From: a virus
Taxonomy: Duplodnaviria; Caudoviricetes
Reading direction: 5' to 3' (one strand)
DNA length: 53,263 nt
Virus record (IMG/VR): IMGVR_UViG_3300025736_000033
Coordinates: 1 to 53,263 of that record
Part shown: positions 20,696-28,711 of the stretch, piece by piece
Layout of the letters: each line of letters starts with the position of its first letter
How positions within the stretch are numbered: the stretch's first letter is position 1
The notes under the pieces: model-generated
The model's input: only the letters and a program-made list of their open reading frames with translations
Databases searched by the model: none
Told to the model about the DNA's origin: nothing
Translations under genes and position numbers: made by a program

Positions 20696-21136
20696 CTAGT
20701 CGTCCCAAAGTTGCAGGAACGCTTTGACAGTCTTATTCGAATCAGTAGCACTGTGACCACGAAGCTCAACACGAGTCCGGACAAGCAACATAGGCTCAAA
20801 GCCGTTTGTGGCCGAACCAAGCTGTACACCCGAAGTATCGTGAACAGGTACGCGAGGATAGATAGGAGCCGATGAAACAAATGCACCGTTCGAATAGATC
20901 GTCTGTTCCGTATCACAGTTGACGTTCGTGAGACATACGAGAGATACATTACCAGTGACAACTGCTTCGTCAGCACTGAATGTGAGCCCTACGATGTAAC
21001 CGTCAATAGGCTCAGTGGTGTAGGTAGTGTTCGTTGTGTCTTCTGATACTTCAATGACTAACGGAATACCGTCAGCTCCAGCGTAGACCAGACCAGCAAC
21101 TAGACACACTACGAATGTGAGAAGTAGATTACGCAT
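20696..21136 (-). CDS. Signal-peptide-bearing virion-operon protein
   Basis: 146 aa; MRNLLLTFVVCLVAGLVYA signal-like N-terminus; RBS AAGGAG. Confidence 0.7.
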   Translation of the reverse strand: MRNLLLTFVVCLVAGLVYAGADGIPLVIEVSEDTTNTTYTTEPIDGYIVGLTFSADEAVVTGNVSLVCLTNVNCDTEQTIYSNGAFVSSAPIYPRVPVHDTSGVQLGSATNGFEPMLLVRTRVELRGHSATDSNKTVKAFLQLWDD

Positions 21137-21157
21137 CGTTTGCTCCTTAAAGGGCAG

Positions 21158-21175
21158 GGGGGTCCGAAGACCCCC
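21158..21175 (-). terminator. UUCG-tetraloop hairpin (terminator/processing site)
   Basis: Minus-strand GGGGGTC-TTCG-GACCCCC; U-tract weak. Confidence 0.5.
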
Positions 21176-21186
21176 ACATCCCTAAA

Positions 21187-21858
21187 TTAGAGTTCCGCGC
21201 CAAGCCACGCATTCGTGGTAGGGCCGTCACCGTTCGGGTTGGAATACAGGATAGCCTGTTCACCAGCGTCTAGTTCGACTGCCGAAGAATTCCACGAGCC
21301 AGAGGCTGCAATAGCCAACAGGTTCGTAGCATCAATGCTGTTCTGTATATACGCAACCGTTACACCAGTACCGGTAGGACGCGCAAGTACAATCGTGTTT
21401 GTTATCGCAGTAGCAGAACCACTCGATGTAAACACATTAAGACCAGCTGCAATCGTATTCGTTGATCCTTCGATCACCGCAACACTAGCCTGTGCATTAA
21501 CCGACATGCCAGCAGATGTGATGCTGCCTTCGGTAATGATATCGCCGTTGTACTCTACTGCCATTGTTTCAACGTAGATACGATCAGGGTTTTCGCCTGC
21601 ACCCTTTTTAGCCAGTACGCCGTAACAGAGACTCGAAACGAACGTGACCATTACCATCAGTCCGACTGCGATTGCCAGGCCGTTACGAACGAACCCACCT
21701 ATTGCGCCATCACGATTCAGGTCAATACCCATCTGCTTCTCCAATATACGTACTACTGCTTCAAGGCGAGTAACGCGCTTCTCTAGCCCGCTATTCTGTT
21801 TCTTCTCAGCTTTCGGCTCTGCCGGCTCGCTGGTAGCTTTATTTTCAGCCTTCGCCAT
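21187..21858 (-). CDS. Membrane-anchored or exported decoration-like protein
   Basis: 223 aa; charged/coiled-coil N-terminus, DLNRDGAIG loop, hydrophobic helix ending CYG, S/T-N-rich beta domain; immediately after capsid gene. Confidence 0.65.
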   Translation of the reverse strand: MAKAENKATSEPAEPKAEKKQNSGLEKRVTRLEAVVRILEKQMGIDLNRDGAIGGFVRNGLAIAVGLMVMVTFVSSLCYGVLAKKGAGENPDRIYVETMAVEYNGDIITEGSITSAGMSVNAQASVAVIEGSTNTIAAGLNVFTSSGSATAITNTIVLARPTGTGVTVAYIQNSIDATNLLAIAASGSWNSSAVELDAGEQAILYSNPNGDGPTTNAWLGAEL

Positions 21859-21882
21859 TTGTTTCTTCCTTCTTTTAAGTTA

Positions 21883-21910
21883 AGGGAAGGGCTGTTTCCA
21901 ACCCCTCCCT
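21883..21910 (-). terminator. Hairpin after major capsid gene
   Basis: agggaaggg...cccctccct imperfect inverted repeat downstream of capsid stop. Confidence 0.4.
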
Positions 21911-21930
21911 CAACGATGTGTTCTTGTGGA

Positions 21931-22878
21931 TTAAGCTCCGCTGTTTCTGTGAACGTTCTTGGCCTGTGATCCTGCTACTGCGAACTGCACGTAGGCTTCC
22001 CAGCCTGCGACGATACGCTTGTACTCAGGACTCGGATAACCAAGGGATACAACCTGGGGACGGGTAAGGAATGCAACGTGCAGACCCCACATGTCTTCCA
22101 TTAGATCGCCCCAGCCATACCAGCCAGTCGTGCTCGTCAGGTAATCGTAAACGATTACATCGAAGCGGTTTTCCCATACGTTCTTGGCATTCGTCGATGT
22201 CTCAGGCGTCTGGGATGAACCACGGATCTCAAGAGCCTTCTGCTCGTTGTCCGGAGACACGATCAGTTTCTTGAGAGTGATAGGGGCAATCATGCCCTTC
22301 TCGTTTTTGCGCTTACGCATGTTGACCCGCATGGTGTTGTAGGTCGTTGACGTAAGTGCCGCTGCAGTTTCAACATTACTCCATGTTCCCGCACTCGGGT
22401 CTTCATGGTAGTGATCGTTAGCGAACAGGAAAGAGCCATCAGCTCCTGCCGTGGTCGTTCCGTTGTTGAATACATCTGCGTATGCGTATTCCAGCGTACG
22501 TGCCAGACTGTCCGGGAGCCCCTGCATCGCCATGCGGCGAATCTGCCCAGAACGATCAATCTTCTCAATCGTCTGAGTGAAGCGGGTTCCCATACGGAAT
22601 GTACGTATGTCGAGTGTCTTCGAATAACCGTCTGCCGGCTGCTCGAAGGGGAGTCTGTCGGAATCATCAACCCGGCGAAGGGACTTAAGAACACTACCAT
22701 AGGTAGCAATCTTATGTTCCAGCGTCTCGGCTGTCTCTTCCTGGAAGAACTGAGCTCCCTGAATTGGTACGTTATCAGCACGCCTGTTGTACGTATCCTG
22801 TGTCTTATCATACAGATTAGGATACTGAGGATGCTGAATGAGGCCCGTCTGGCCCATGAATAGCTGTGTTGCTGCCAT
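21931..22878 (-). CDS. Major capsid protein (HK97 fold, Mu gpT-like)
   Basis: 315 aa; GADGSFLFANDH, LIVSPDNE, YLTSTTGWY motifs typical of this capsid family; AAGGAG RBS; follows scaffold and cement-like genes. Confidence 0.85.
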   Translation of the reverse strand: MAATQLFMGQTGLIQHPQYPNLYDKTQDTYNRRADNVPIQGAQFFQEETAETLEHKIATYGSVLKSLRRVDDSDRLPFEQPADGYSKTLDIRTFRMGTRFTQTIEKIDRSGQIRRMAMQGLPDSLARTLEYAYADVFNNGTTTAGADGSFLFANDHYHEDPSAGTWSNVETAAALTSTTYNTMRVNMRKRKNEKGMIAPITLKKLIVSPDNEQKALEIRGSSQTPETSTNAKNVWENRFDVIVYDYLTSTTGWYGWGDLMEDMWGLHVAFLTRPQVVSLGYPSPEYKRIVAGWEAYVQFAVAGSQAKNVHRNSGA

Positions 22879-22890
22879 TGTTCAGCTCCT

Positions 22891-23400
22891 TTAGCTTGAC
22901 TGTACGTTAATAACTGAATCCAGTACCTTCACGTAGCCACGGGCATACGTGTCAGCCGAATCGTCGATGTACGGCGACTCAACCCAAGAGGGTTCGACCA
23001 CGATGAAGCAGTCGTTGTCAGGGTCATCAACGTCGCACGAGCAAATATTGCTCGCAACATAGAGTGCATAACGCTTACCAATATCGGTCTCCGCAAAAAC
23101 TGCGGTGGCGACTGAAGCGCTGAATGCGTTAATTTCGAAGATATCGTTAGCGTTAATAACGCCTACGATCTTCCGGGTAGTGTCGTTCCCAATAGCTGTT
23201 GCCACGTTCTCAAGCGCGAAGTACTGGAAGTCAACAGAGTTACTTGCCTCTGTATAAACCAATCCATCACTGTCATGCCTAAGAAACTGGCCAGCCTGGA
23301 ACGTAGCTGCGCCGTCGATCTGAACGCGGCGTGTTGCCATAACGTCCGGACCAGCTGCGTTATATCTACGCCTCGGGTTGACTAATGTCTGCTGAGTCAT
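22891..23400 (-). CDS. Capsid cement/decoration protein
   Basis: 169 aa beta-rich protein directly upstream of capsid (TFQAGQFL...DIG motifs). Confidence 0.55.
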   Translation of the reverse strand: MTQQTLVNPRRRYNAAGPDVMATRRVQIDGAATFQAGQFLRHDSDGLVYTEASNSVDFQYFALENVATAIGNDTTRKIVGVINANDIFEINAFSASVATAVFAETDIGKRYALYVASNICSCDVDDPDNDCFIVVEPSWVESPYIDDSADTYARGYVKVLDSVINVQSS

Positions 23401-23430
23401 TTTAGACTCTCCTTTGCATCAGATGTTCAA

Positions 23431-24123
23431 TTACATCTGTGCCAGCATTTCCGCTTCATGTCGCTCTCTTGCGACTGTTGCGGCCATCTTCGCATCACTG
23501 CGTTTGATCTTCATACTGTCTTCACTCAACGATTCTCCGTCCTTAGCCAAGGTGTCGTCAGACTCCTTCTTGAGATCTTCAATTCGCATACGTGATTCAA
23601 GTCCAGCACGTTTCTCTTCCGCATAGTGAATTACCTCATCAATGAAGTACAACCGAACATCGCCGTGGTCTGTTAATTCCCCGCCTTCAATAGCAGGAAC
23701 ATAACCACTGCCAATATACTGGCTGTGTTTTATCTTATCACCCCAAAAACGATGTACGTTTGGAGGAATAATACCTTCTTTTATCAGGTGATTCTCTATT
23801 TCCGTGAGCGCATCCGTTTGCGGCACAGGGTTTGCTATAATATCAGGGGCTGCGGCTCTGCGTGAAACCTTGGCTTTCATAGCCCGTTCGTAATCAGCCT
23901 GAATCTGCGGATTGTCTGAGACTTTCTCAAACTTCATTGCATCCTTCTTAGGTGCTTCAACGGTTGTCGGTGGCGTAGTTGCCATCGGCGTTATGGTTGG
24001 AGCATCGCCAGATGTAGTATTCGCGTTCTTCATTTGGCACGCCACTTGGTGTGCCTTTCTGCCTGCTACGTGTGTGGTCACTTCTTCGCCACAAAACTCA
24101 CAAGGTGTTTTTGGAAATGCCAT
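23431..24123 (-). CDS. Hypothetical head-region protein with N-terminal CxxC..HxxxC zinc finger
   Basis: 230 aa; CEFCG...HQVAC. Confidence 0.6.
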   Translation of the reverse strand: MAFPKTPCEFCGEEVTTHVAGRKAHQVACQMKNANTTSGDAPTITPMATTPPTTVEAPKKDAMKFEKVSDNPQIQADYERAMKAKVSRRAAAPDIIANPVPQTDALTEIENHLIKEGIIPPNVHRFWGDKIKHSQYIGSGYVPAIEGGELTDHGDVRLYFIDEVIHYAEEKRAGLESRMRIEDLKKESDDTLAKDGESLSEDSMKIKRSDAKMAATVARERHEAEMLAQM

Positions 24124-24903
24124 TTAACTTGCCTTCCTTCCGGATCTTTTGAAATCTTCAATTTCTGCTGGCGTTGCATTAGGCACCATCTGCCTGAACT
24201 TCGCCATATCTTCATTGCTCCACCCACTGCCACCTTCTGTACCGTGACCTCCTGTACCGCTACCGCCCGTACCAGCTGGTGCTGGCATTGCCGGCGCTGT
24301 ACTAGGTAAGACCTTAACTGCTGTCAAAGCCTGTGCCCTAGTGAAACCTTCCGCTTGAAGTTTATCAATACGATCCTTATTTTCCTTGTATATCTCGCTG
24401 TTGGTATCCCGGTAGTCAGTGAAGCCGCCTTTCAGTTCGGCTATCTCCGCATCCCGTTTCTCCAACTCAGCCCTGTACTTCGAGTCTATGTTCGCTTCGA
24501 CATCGTTTGCCATACCGGCCATAAGGTCGATAACAGCTTCGTTGCCTCTTTCGTCCAAGTCTCTCAGTACATTATCACGGGCCTGCTGCTTCTCTGCTTC
24601 TGTCTGTTCGGGAGTTGCTGTCTTCGCTGCCGTTGCTTCTACGAGCTTCTGAAGCAGAGGATTCTCTGCCTGCTCGATCCGTTTCAGCATCGCTGCATTT
24701 TCCTGTTCAGCTTTAGTCGCACGACTCTGCATTTCCGTGTATGACTTTTCTGCCATGCTCGAGTCATCAAATTCGCGTCCTGCGAACTTGAATTTGTCAC
24801 CCGTATCGCCACCGGCGGGGGGTGTACCTTTGCCTTCGGTATCAAGGGCAGGCGGCGTGTTGCCGTCTGGTATCTCTACTCCGGTGATGGGGTCTATTGC
24901 CAT
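24124..24903 (-). CDS. Capsid scaffolding protein
   Basis: Start MAIDP at 24903 (AGGAGG RBS); KFAGREF...AEKSYTEMQS motif, coiled coil, Gly-rich tail. Confidence 0.7.
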   Translation of the reverse strand: MAIDPITGVEIPDGNTPPALDTEGKGTPPAGGDTGDKFKFAGREFDDSSMAEKSYTEMQSRATKAEQENAAMLKRIEQAENPLLQKLVEATAAKTATPEQTEAEKQQARDNVLRDLDERGNEAVIDLMAGMANDVEANIDSKYRAELEKRDAEIAELKGGFTDYRDTNSEIYKENKDRIDKLQAEGFTRAQALTAVKVLPSTAPAMPAPAGTGGSGTGGHGTEGGSGWSNEDMAKFRQMVPNATPAEIEDFKRSGRKAS

Positions 24904-24929
24904 TGCTGGCCTCCTGCTTATGATCTTTA

Positions 24930-24974
24930 CGGGCCTGACACCATGCCAGGGTATCGCTCTAATCAACGTAAATT
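24930..24974. repeat. 45-bp direct repeat, copy 1 (upstream of scaffold gene)
   Basis: Matches 25196-25240 with 3 mismatches. Confidence 0.9.
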
Positions 24975-24995
24975 CTACATCTTGTTCTATTCTGG

Positions 24996-25160
24996 CTATT
25001 TGGGCCTCTTGGCTGATTGCAGCTTGGACTTCTTTACAGCCTGTTTCGTCAATTCTATCTCGCGGTTTAGTCTAGCCAAAGATTGGTTCAATTTTCTAAT
25101 TGTTATTGCCGTCCTTGGCTTTACGGATTTTCCTGTTACTCTCTTTACCTTAGTCGCCAT
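24996..25160 (-). CDS. Small basic protein (54 aa)
   Basis: Translated manually: MATKVKRVTGKSVKPRT...SAKRPK; GAGGGG RBS; lies between the 45-bp repeats. Confidence 0.6.
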   Translation of the reverse strand: MATKVKRVTGKSVKPRTAITIRKLNQSLARLNREIELTKQAVKKSKLQSAKRPK

Positions 25161-25195
25161 TGTTTTCCCCTCATCTAACTCTATGCTGGCTATTG

Positions 25196-25240
25196 CGGGC
25201 CTGACACCATGACAGGGTATCGCTCTAACCTACGTAAATT
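25196..25240. repeat. 45-bp direct repeat, copy 2
   Basis: cgggcctgacaccatgacagggtatcgctctaacctacgtaaatt. Confidence 0.9.
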
Positions 25241-25445
25241 AGCTGACTGGCATCTTTGATCGCTTGATCTTGAACAACCGGTTCTCGCCACAATCTATGG
25301 GCTTTCGGTTCTTCAATACTGCCTTATAGCCTTTAAGCTCAAGCTCTGGCTGCGTATCTGGTGTTCCCCAGAAGGCATGTTCAGTCTTGCTCTTAATCAA
25401 GCCAATGTCTTTTGCATCTTGTTCTAAAAGTTCTAGCCCGGTCAT
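25239..25445 (-). CDS. Hypothetical protein
   Basis: MTGLELLEQD..., GGAG RBS; upstream ORF extension is just the TGTCTCA repeats. Confidence 0.5.
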   Translation of the reverse strand: MTGLELLEQDAKDIGLIKSKTEHAFWGTPDTQPELELKGYKAVLKNRKPIDCGENRLFKIKRSKMPVS

Positions 25446-25458
25446 TTGTCTCTCCATG

Positions 25459-25498
25459 TGTCTCATGTGTCTCAAGTGTCTCATTAGTTAATGAGACA
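25459..25498. promoter_or_regulatory. TGTCTCA operator-like array
   Basis: Three TGTCTCA at 9-bp period (25459, 25468, 25477) plus inverted copy forming tgtctcatta-gt-taatgagaca; minus-strand TTGACA at 25499-25504. Confidence 0.6.
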
Positions 25499-25509
25499 TG
25501 TCAAGGCAT

Positions 25510-25767
25510 TCAACGCTTGCGGCGCCTTTTCATTTCTTTCACAACTTTGGGGCCACTCTCTAAAAGCAAAGATTTTTTAGCAGGGCCAGGATGACGCCGC
25601 TTCATTTCTGCATGTACTTTTTGAGGACTAGCCAAAAGCAAAGAACCAAATGTCTTCTTAGCTATACTAGCTGTTTTTGGAATAACTCTCTTTGCAAGAG
25701 GAACGCCCGGTCCGATTACCGCAGCCCTAACAATCTTCTCTACCTTACTACGTTTTTTCTTAGCCAT
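25510..25767 (-). CDS. Small highly basic protein
   Basis: 85 aa Lys/Arg-rich; AGGAG RBS. Confidence 0.6.
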   Translation of the reverse strand: MAKKKRSKVEKIVRAAVIGPGVPLAKRVIPKTASIAKKTFGSLLLASPQKVHAEMKRRHPGPAKKSLLLESGPKVVKEMKRRRKR

Positions 25768-25776
25768 ATTGAACTC

Positions 25777-26088
25777 CTATGCTGGTACTTCTGTTTCGGC
25801 ATCCTTGTCGATACGTTCTATTGCGTCGTCAATGTCGCTTTCAAGGTCTTCCTGAAGGCCAATAGACTGCCAGTAAGCACCTACGTACTGGTTCCGCATC
25901 TCAACGCAAATATCTGTCGCCATCCCAAGCCGTACCAAATCAGCCTGGCCTTGCTTCAATATTCTTCCCAGTATCTTGAACCCCGGCTTTGTAGTTATAG
26001 CCTTCAGTTCCAGTAACTCGCGCTTCGTCATCTCTGTGACTGTGCCACAGATGTTCGGAGCGTATACCACTTCATCTAGTTTGCTCAT
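25777..26088 (-). CDS. Small protein downstream of portal
   Basis: 103 aa, overlaps portal stop. Confidence 0.65.
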   Translation of the reverse strand: MSKLDEVVYAPNICGTVTEMTKRELLELKAITTKPGFKILGRILKQGQADLVRLGMATDICVEMRNQYVGAYWQSIGLQEDLESDIDDAIERIDKDAETEVPA

Positions 26089-28271
26089 TGGATTGATCCC
26101 GCTTCCCCTGCTATTATATCGCCATCGCCCTCACCTATTGTACGGGGCGGTGCCGCCCCTTCTTGTCCTGTTCCTACCCCTCCAGGAAGCTGTGGTGCGC
26201 CTGCCTGTGTGGCTGAGGCGAACTCTGCTTCCTGCATCTGCTTATGAATCTCAATATGTGCGTTAATCAGGTTCATAGCATCTTCTGCTATATCGCCATC
26301 AGGCATCATCTTGAAAAGGTTACGAGCATTGCCGTGGATTGCCATGTGTACTTCGTGGTTCTGATCAGGTTTAGGCTGATCCCATATACCGTTCTGGAAT
26401 GCCCGATTCTCTGAAGTAGCAATATGAGCTGCATCGCCCTCTTTCTCTGTCTCAAATATCTCGTCAACAGGGAAGTCCCTTGCACGGTAGATCCAGCGCA
26501 GAAGGTTGTTGGCGTTACGCTTGCCCATAGTGTCTTTGACTGCCGGGAAGGTATCGCGTATGAATGCATCCTGCTCACGCTGCACCATTACGTTTGTCTT
26601 GTAATCGTCAATAGCTGTGACCTTGACCCGTAGCGGTCCCCATATCTCAGCTGGCTTGATCTCTTCCAAGCTGCCCTGGTTGACCAACGAGAATGTAAGC
26701 TTCGGATCTGCAAACATACGCCACATCCGCATATCCCAAAGTGCTATCCACTCGAGTAGGCGGGACATCATGCGTAGACGGTCATTGGATGGCTTCATAG
26801 ACTGTTCAAATGCCTGTCGAGCTTCTGAGGCGCTGGTTCGTGAGCCCATAGGCTGACCAAGGAACGGGTCTGTGGTGCCGGCTGTCTCCTTAATACGTGC
26901 TTCTATATAGGCTATGAACGCCTGCATATCGCCAGTAACAGAGGGGACTTCGATACGCTTGAGCTTATCAATCATGCCCATCTGCATTTCCATCAGGCGT
27001 CTTGGCCCGAATGTCTTATCAGATGTATGGATAGCTCCGCGCTCGGTTATCCAGTTGGCGTTCAGCTGCAGATTCTTGTTATCAAACCACTGATCCAGTG
27101 TGGTCTTGTATTCTTGATAGGCCGGCCACAACAGATGAACGAATCCAAGGCTGTATGCGCCCTTGTTTTCCTCATCCCAATGCGAAGACTGCCAGAAATA
27201 GGGGATTTCGCCATTATCATCAGGATCATAGGCGTTGGGGTTGAGCTTGACGCATACGGGGTTGCTCTGGGAGATATGGCCTTCGAACGTAGCCATGATA
27301 CGCCTTGGGAAAATAGTGTCATCCCACTTGCCATCTGTGTCAATAGGAGCAAACATCACTACATCCCACTGGTCAAACTCACCAGTAGGCACATCAGAGC
27401 TACCGCCTGTATCAGCATTATCATGTACGTCCTGCTGTACGTTGGATGGCTGTTCGGTCTTAAATAGCTGATCGTTGGTAAGCTTGCTGATATTCTTGTA
27501 GGCGCCAGACTTCTGCTTCGAAAGCAGATCTGTCAGGACCGGGTAGGACCGCATCAAAATACATTGCTGTTTCTGGATATCCTTTATCATTGCATCCAGC
27601 CAAACATTGTCTATTCCGTAGGTGGTAAAGTGAGGATGCTGCCTGATTACCTTCTCTGTAACCCATTTACTGCCATTCGGCTTGCCTTCTTTGTCATAAA
27701 TAGGCTTGCGGTAACGGTCTATCTTCTCATCATAGAGCCATTCCATACCGACCATGCCGTTACAGTTCTTGTTGACATACCACTGGAAGTCTTGGAGCGC
27801 TGCTTTACGGTTATCTATCTCGAATGAGTACTCAAGCAAGACCTTCTGAAGATTGGCCCGGTACATAGCATCGTCCCGGCTGTCGCCATCTATCGTATCA
27901 AGAGGCTTATAGGAAGCTCCTATCTCGTCTTGAGCATAAAGTGTCTCATTATCATTCGCCGTGACAGCTCTGAGAGCTCTGAAGAATGCATCAGGAACGG
28001 TATCAATAGCATCGCGTGTCTTGTTCTCGTCCTGCTTAGTCTGGCCTTTTGCCATCCGGAACATCTGATCCGAATGTTTCAGGTCTTCTTCCATCTTGTC
28101 ACGGTTCGACTGTGAATCAAACTTCGTAAAGTAGGTCTTGGCACGCTCCAGTACCTTCTTGACGGTCTCTTCGTTATCAGCCCAGTTGGCTACTTTGAGA
28201 GAAGGGTCTATATCTTTTTCGGGGGGTGCTGCCTTTTCGGGTTTCTCAGGAAGATCAACTGGTGCCGCCAT
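26085..28271 (-). CDS. Portal protein (P22-like)
   Basis: 728 aa after terminase; AGTTDPFLG...RTSASE motif, C-terminal DQNHEVHMAIH...HIEIH helical barrel motif typical of P22-type portals. Confidence 0.85.
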   Translation of the reverse strand: MAAPVDLPEKPEKAAPPEKDIDPSLKVANWADNEETVKKVLERAKTYFTKFDSQSNRDKMEEDLKHSDQMFRMAKGQTKQDENKTRDAIDTVPDAFFRALRAVTANDNETLYAQDEIGASYKPLDTIDGDSRDDAMYRANLQKVLLEYSFEIDNRKAALQDFQWYVNKNCNGMVGMEWLYDEKIDRYRKPIYDKEGKPNGSKWVTEKVIRQHPHFTTYGIDNVWLDAMIKDIQKQQCILMRSYPVLTDLLSKQKSGAYKNISKLTNDQLFKTEQPSNVQQDVHDNADTGGSSDVPTGEFDQWDVVMFAPIDTDGKWDDTIFPRRIMATFEGHISQSNPVCVKLNPNAYDPDDNGEIPYFWQSSHWDEENKGAYSLGFVHLLWPAYQEYKTTLDQWFDNKNLQLNANWITERGAIHTSDKTFGPRRLMEMQMGMIDKLKRIEVPSVTGDMQAFIAYIEARIKETAGTTDPFLGQPMGSRTSASEARQAFEQSMKPSNDRLRMMSRLLEWIALWDMRMWRMFADPKLTFSLVNQGSLEEIKPAEIWGPLRVKVTAIDDYKTNVMVQREQDAFIRDTFPAVKDTMGKRNANNLLRWIYRARDFPVDEIFETEKEGDAAHIATSENRAFQNGIWDQPKPDQNHEVHMAIHGNARNLFKMMPDGDIAEDAMNLINAHIEIHKQMQEAEFASATQAGAPQLPGGVGTGQEGAAPPRTIGEGDGDIIAGEAGSIQ

Positions 28272-28650
28272 CTCGTTCTCCTAAAGCTACAACGCATTCA
28301 GGTACAGCTTCATCAATAAACCGCTCATCTTCAGCGTAAGGAGATAGTTTGATGCCCCAAGGATGGTCGTCTGGCAATAAAATTATATCGTCAACCCTGT
28401 AGCAATCGCACATGCATCTTGAAACTTTACGCTCTTTGAGCAATTTAAAAGGCCAGCGTCTTTCGCGGCCAACCTCTGTACCGATAGCCAAAACTTCGAA
28501 CCAAAGAGAATAGTCACGAGTCCATTCAGGTAGTATAAGTCCTTCTGGTTCAGGCGTTTCGCACCTTCGGCAATAAAGCCAATGACCATCAAGCCTCTTT
28601 ATATGCACATTACATTTTGTGCCTACCCATGCAGAATGTTTACTATTCAT
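28255..28650 (-). CDS. GroES/Cpn10-like co-chaperonin
   Basis: 131 aa; GLILP mobile loop, EVLAIG, YRVDDIILL, FIDEA pattern parallels GroES GIVL/EVLAVG/VKVGDIV/IMSES. Confidence 0.6.
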   Translation of the reverse strand: MNSKHSAWVGTKCNVHIKRLDGHWLYCRRCETPEPEGLILPEWTRDYSLWFEVLAIGTEVGRERRWPFKLLKERKVSRCMCDCYRVDDIILLPDDHPWGIKLSPYAEDERFIDEAVPECVVALGERDGGTS

Positions 28651-28663
28651 TTCATTACCCCCG

Positions 28664-28709
28664 AATGTATCATGTGTCTCATAAGTGTGTCAATAGCTTA
28701 AATGAGACA
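28664..28709 (-). promoter_or_regulatory. Sigma70-like promoter overlapped by TGTCTCA inverted pair
   Basis: TTGACA (28688-28693)-18 bp-TACATT (28664-28669) with TGn; tgtctcat 28675-28682 and atgagaca 28702-28709. Confidence 0.6.
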
Positions 28710-28711
28710 TA

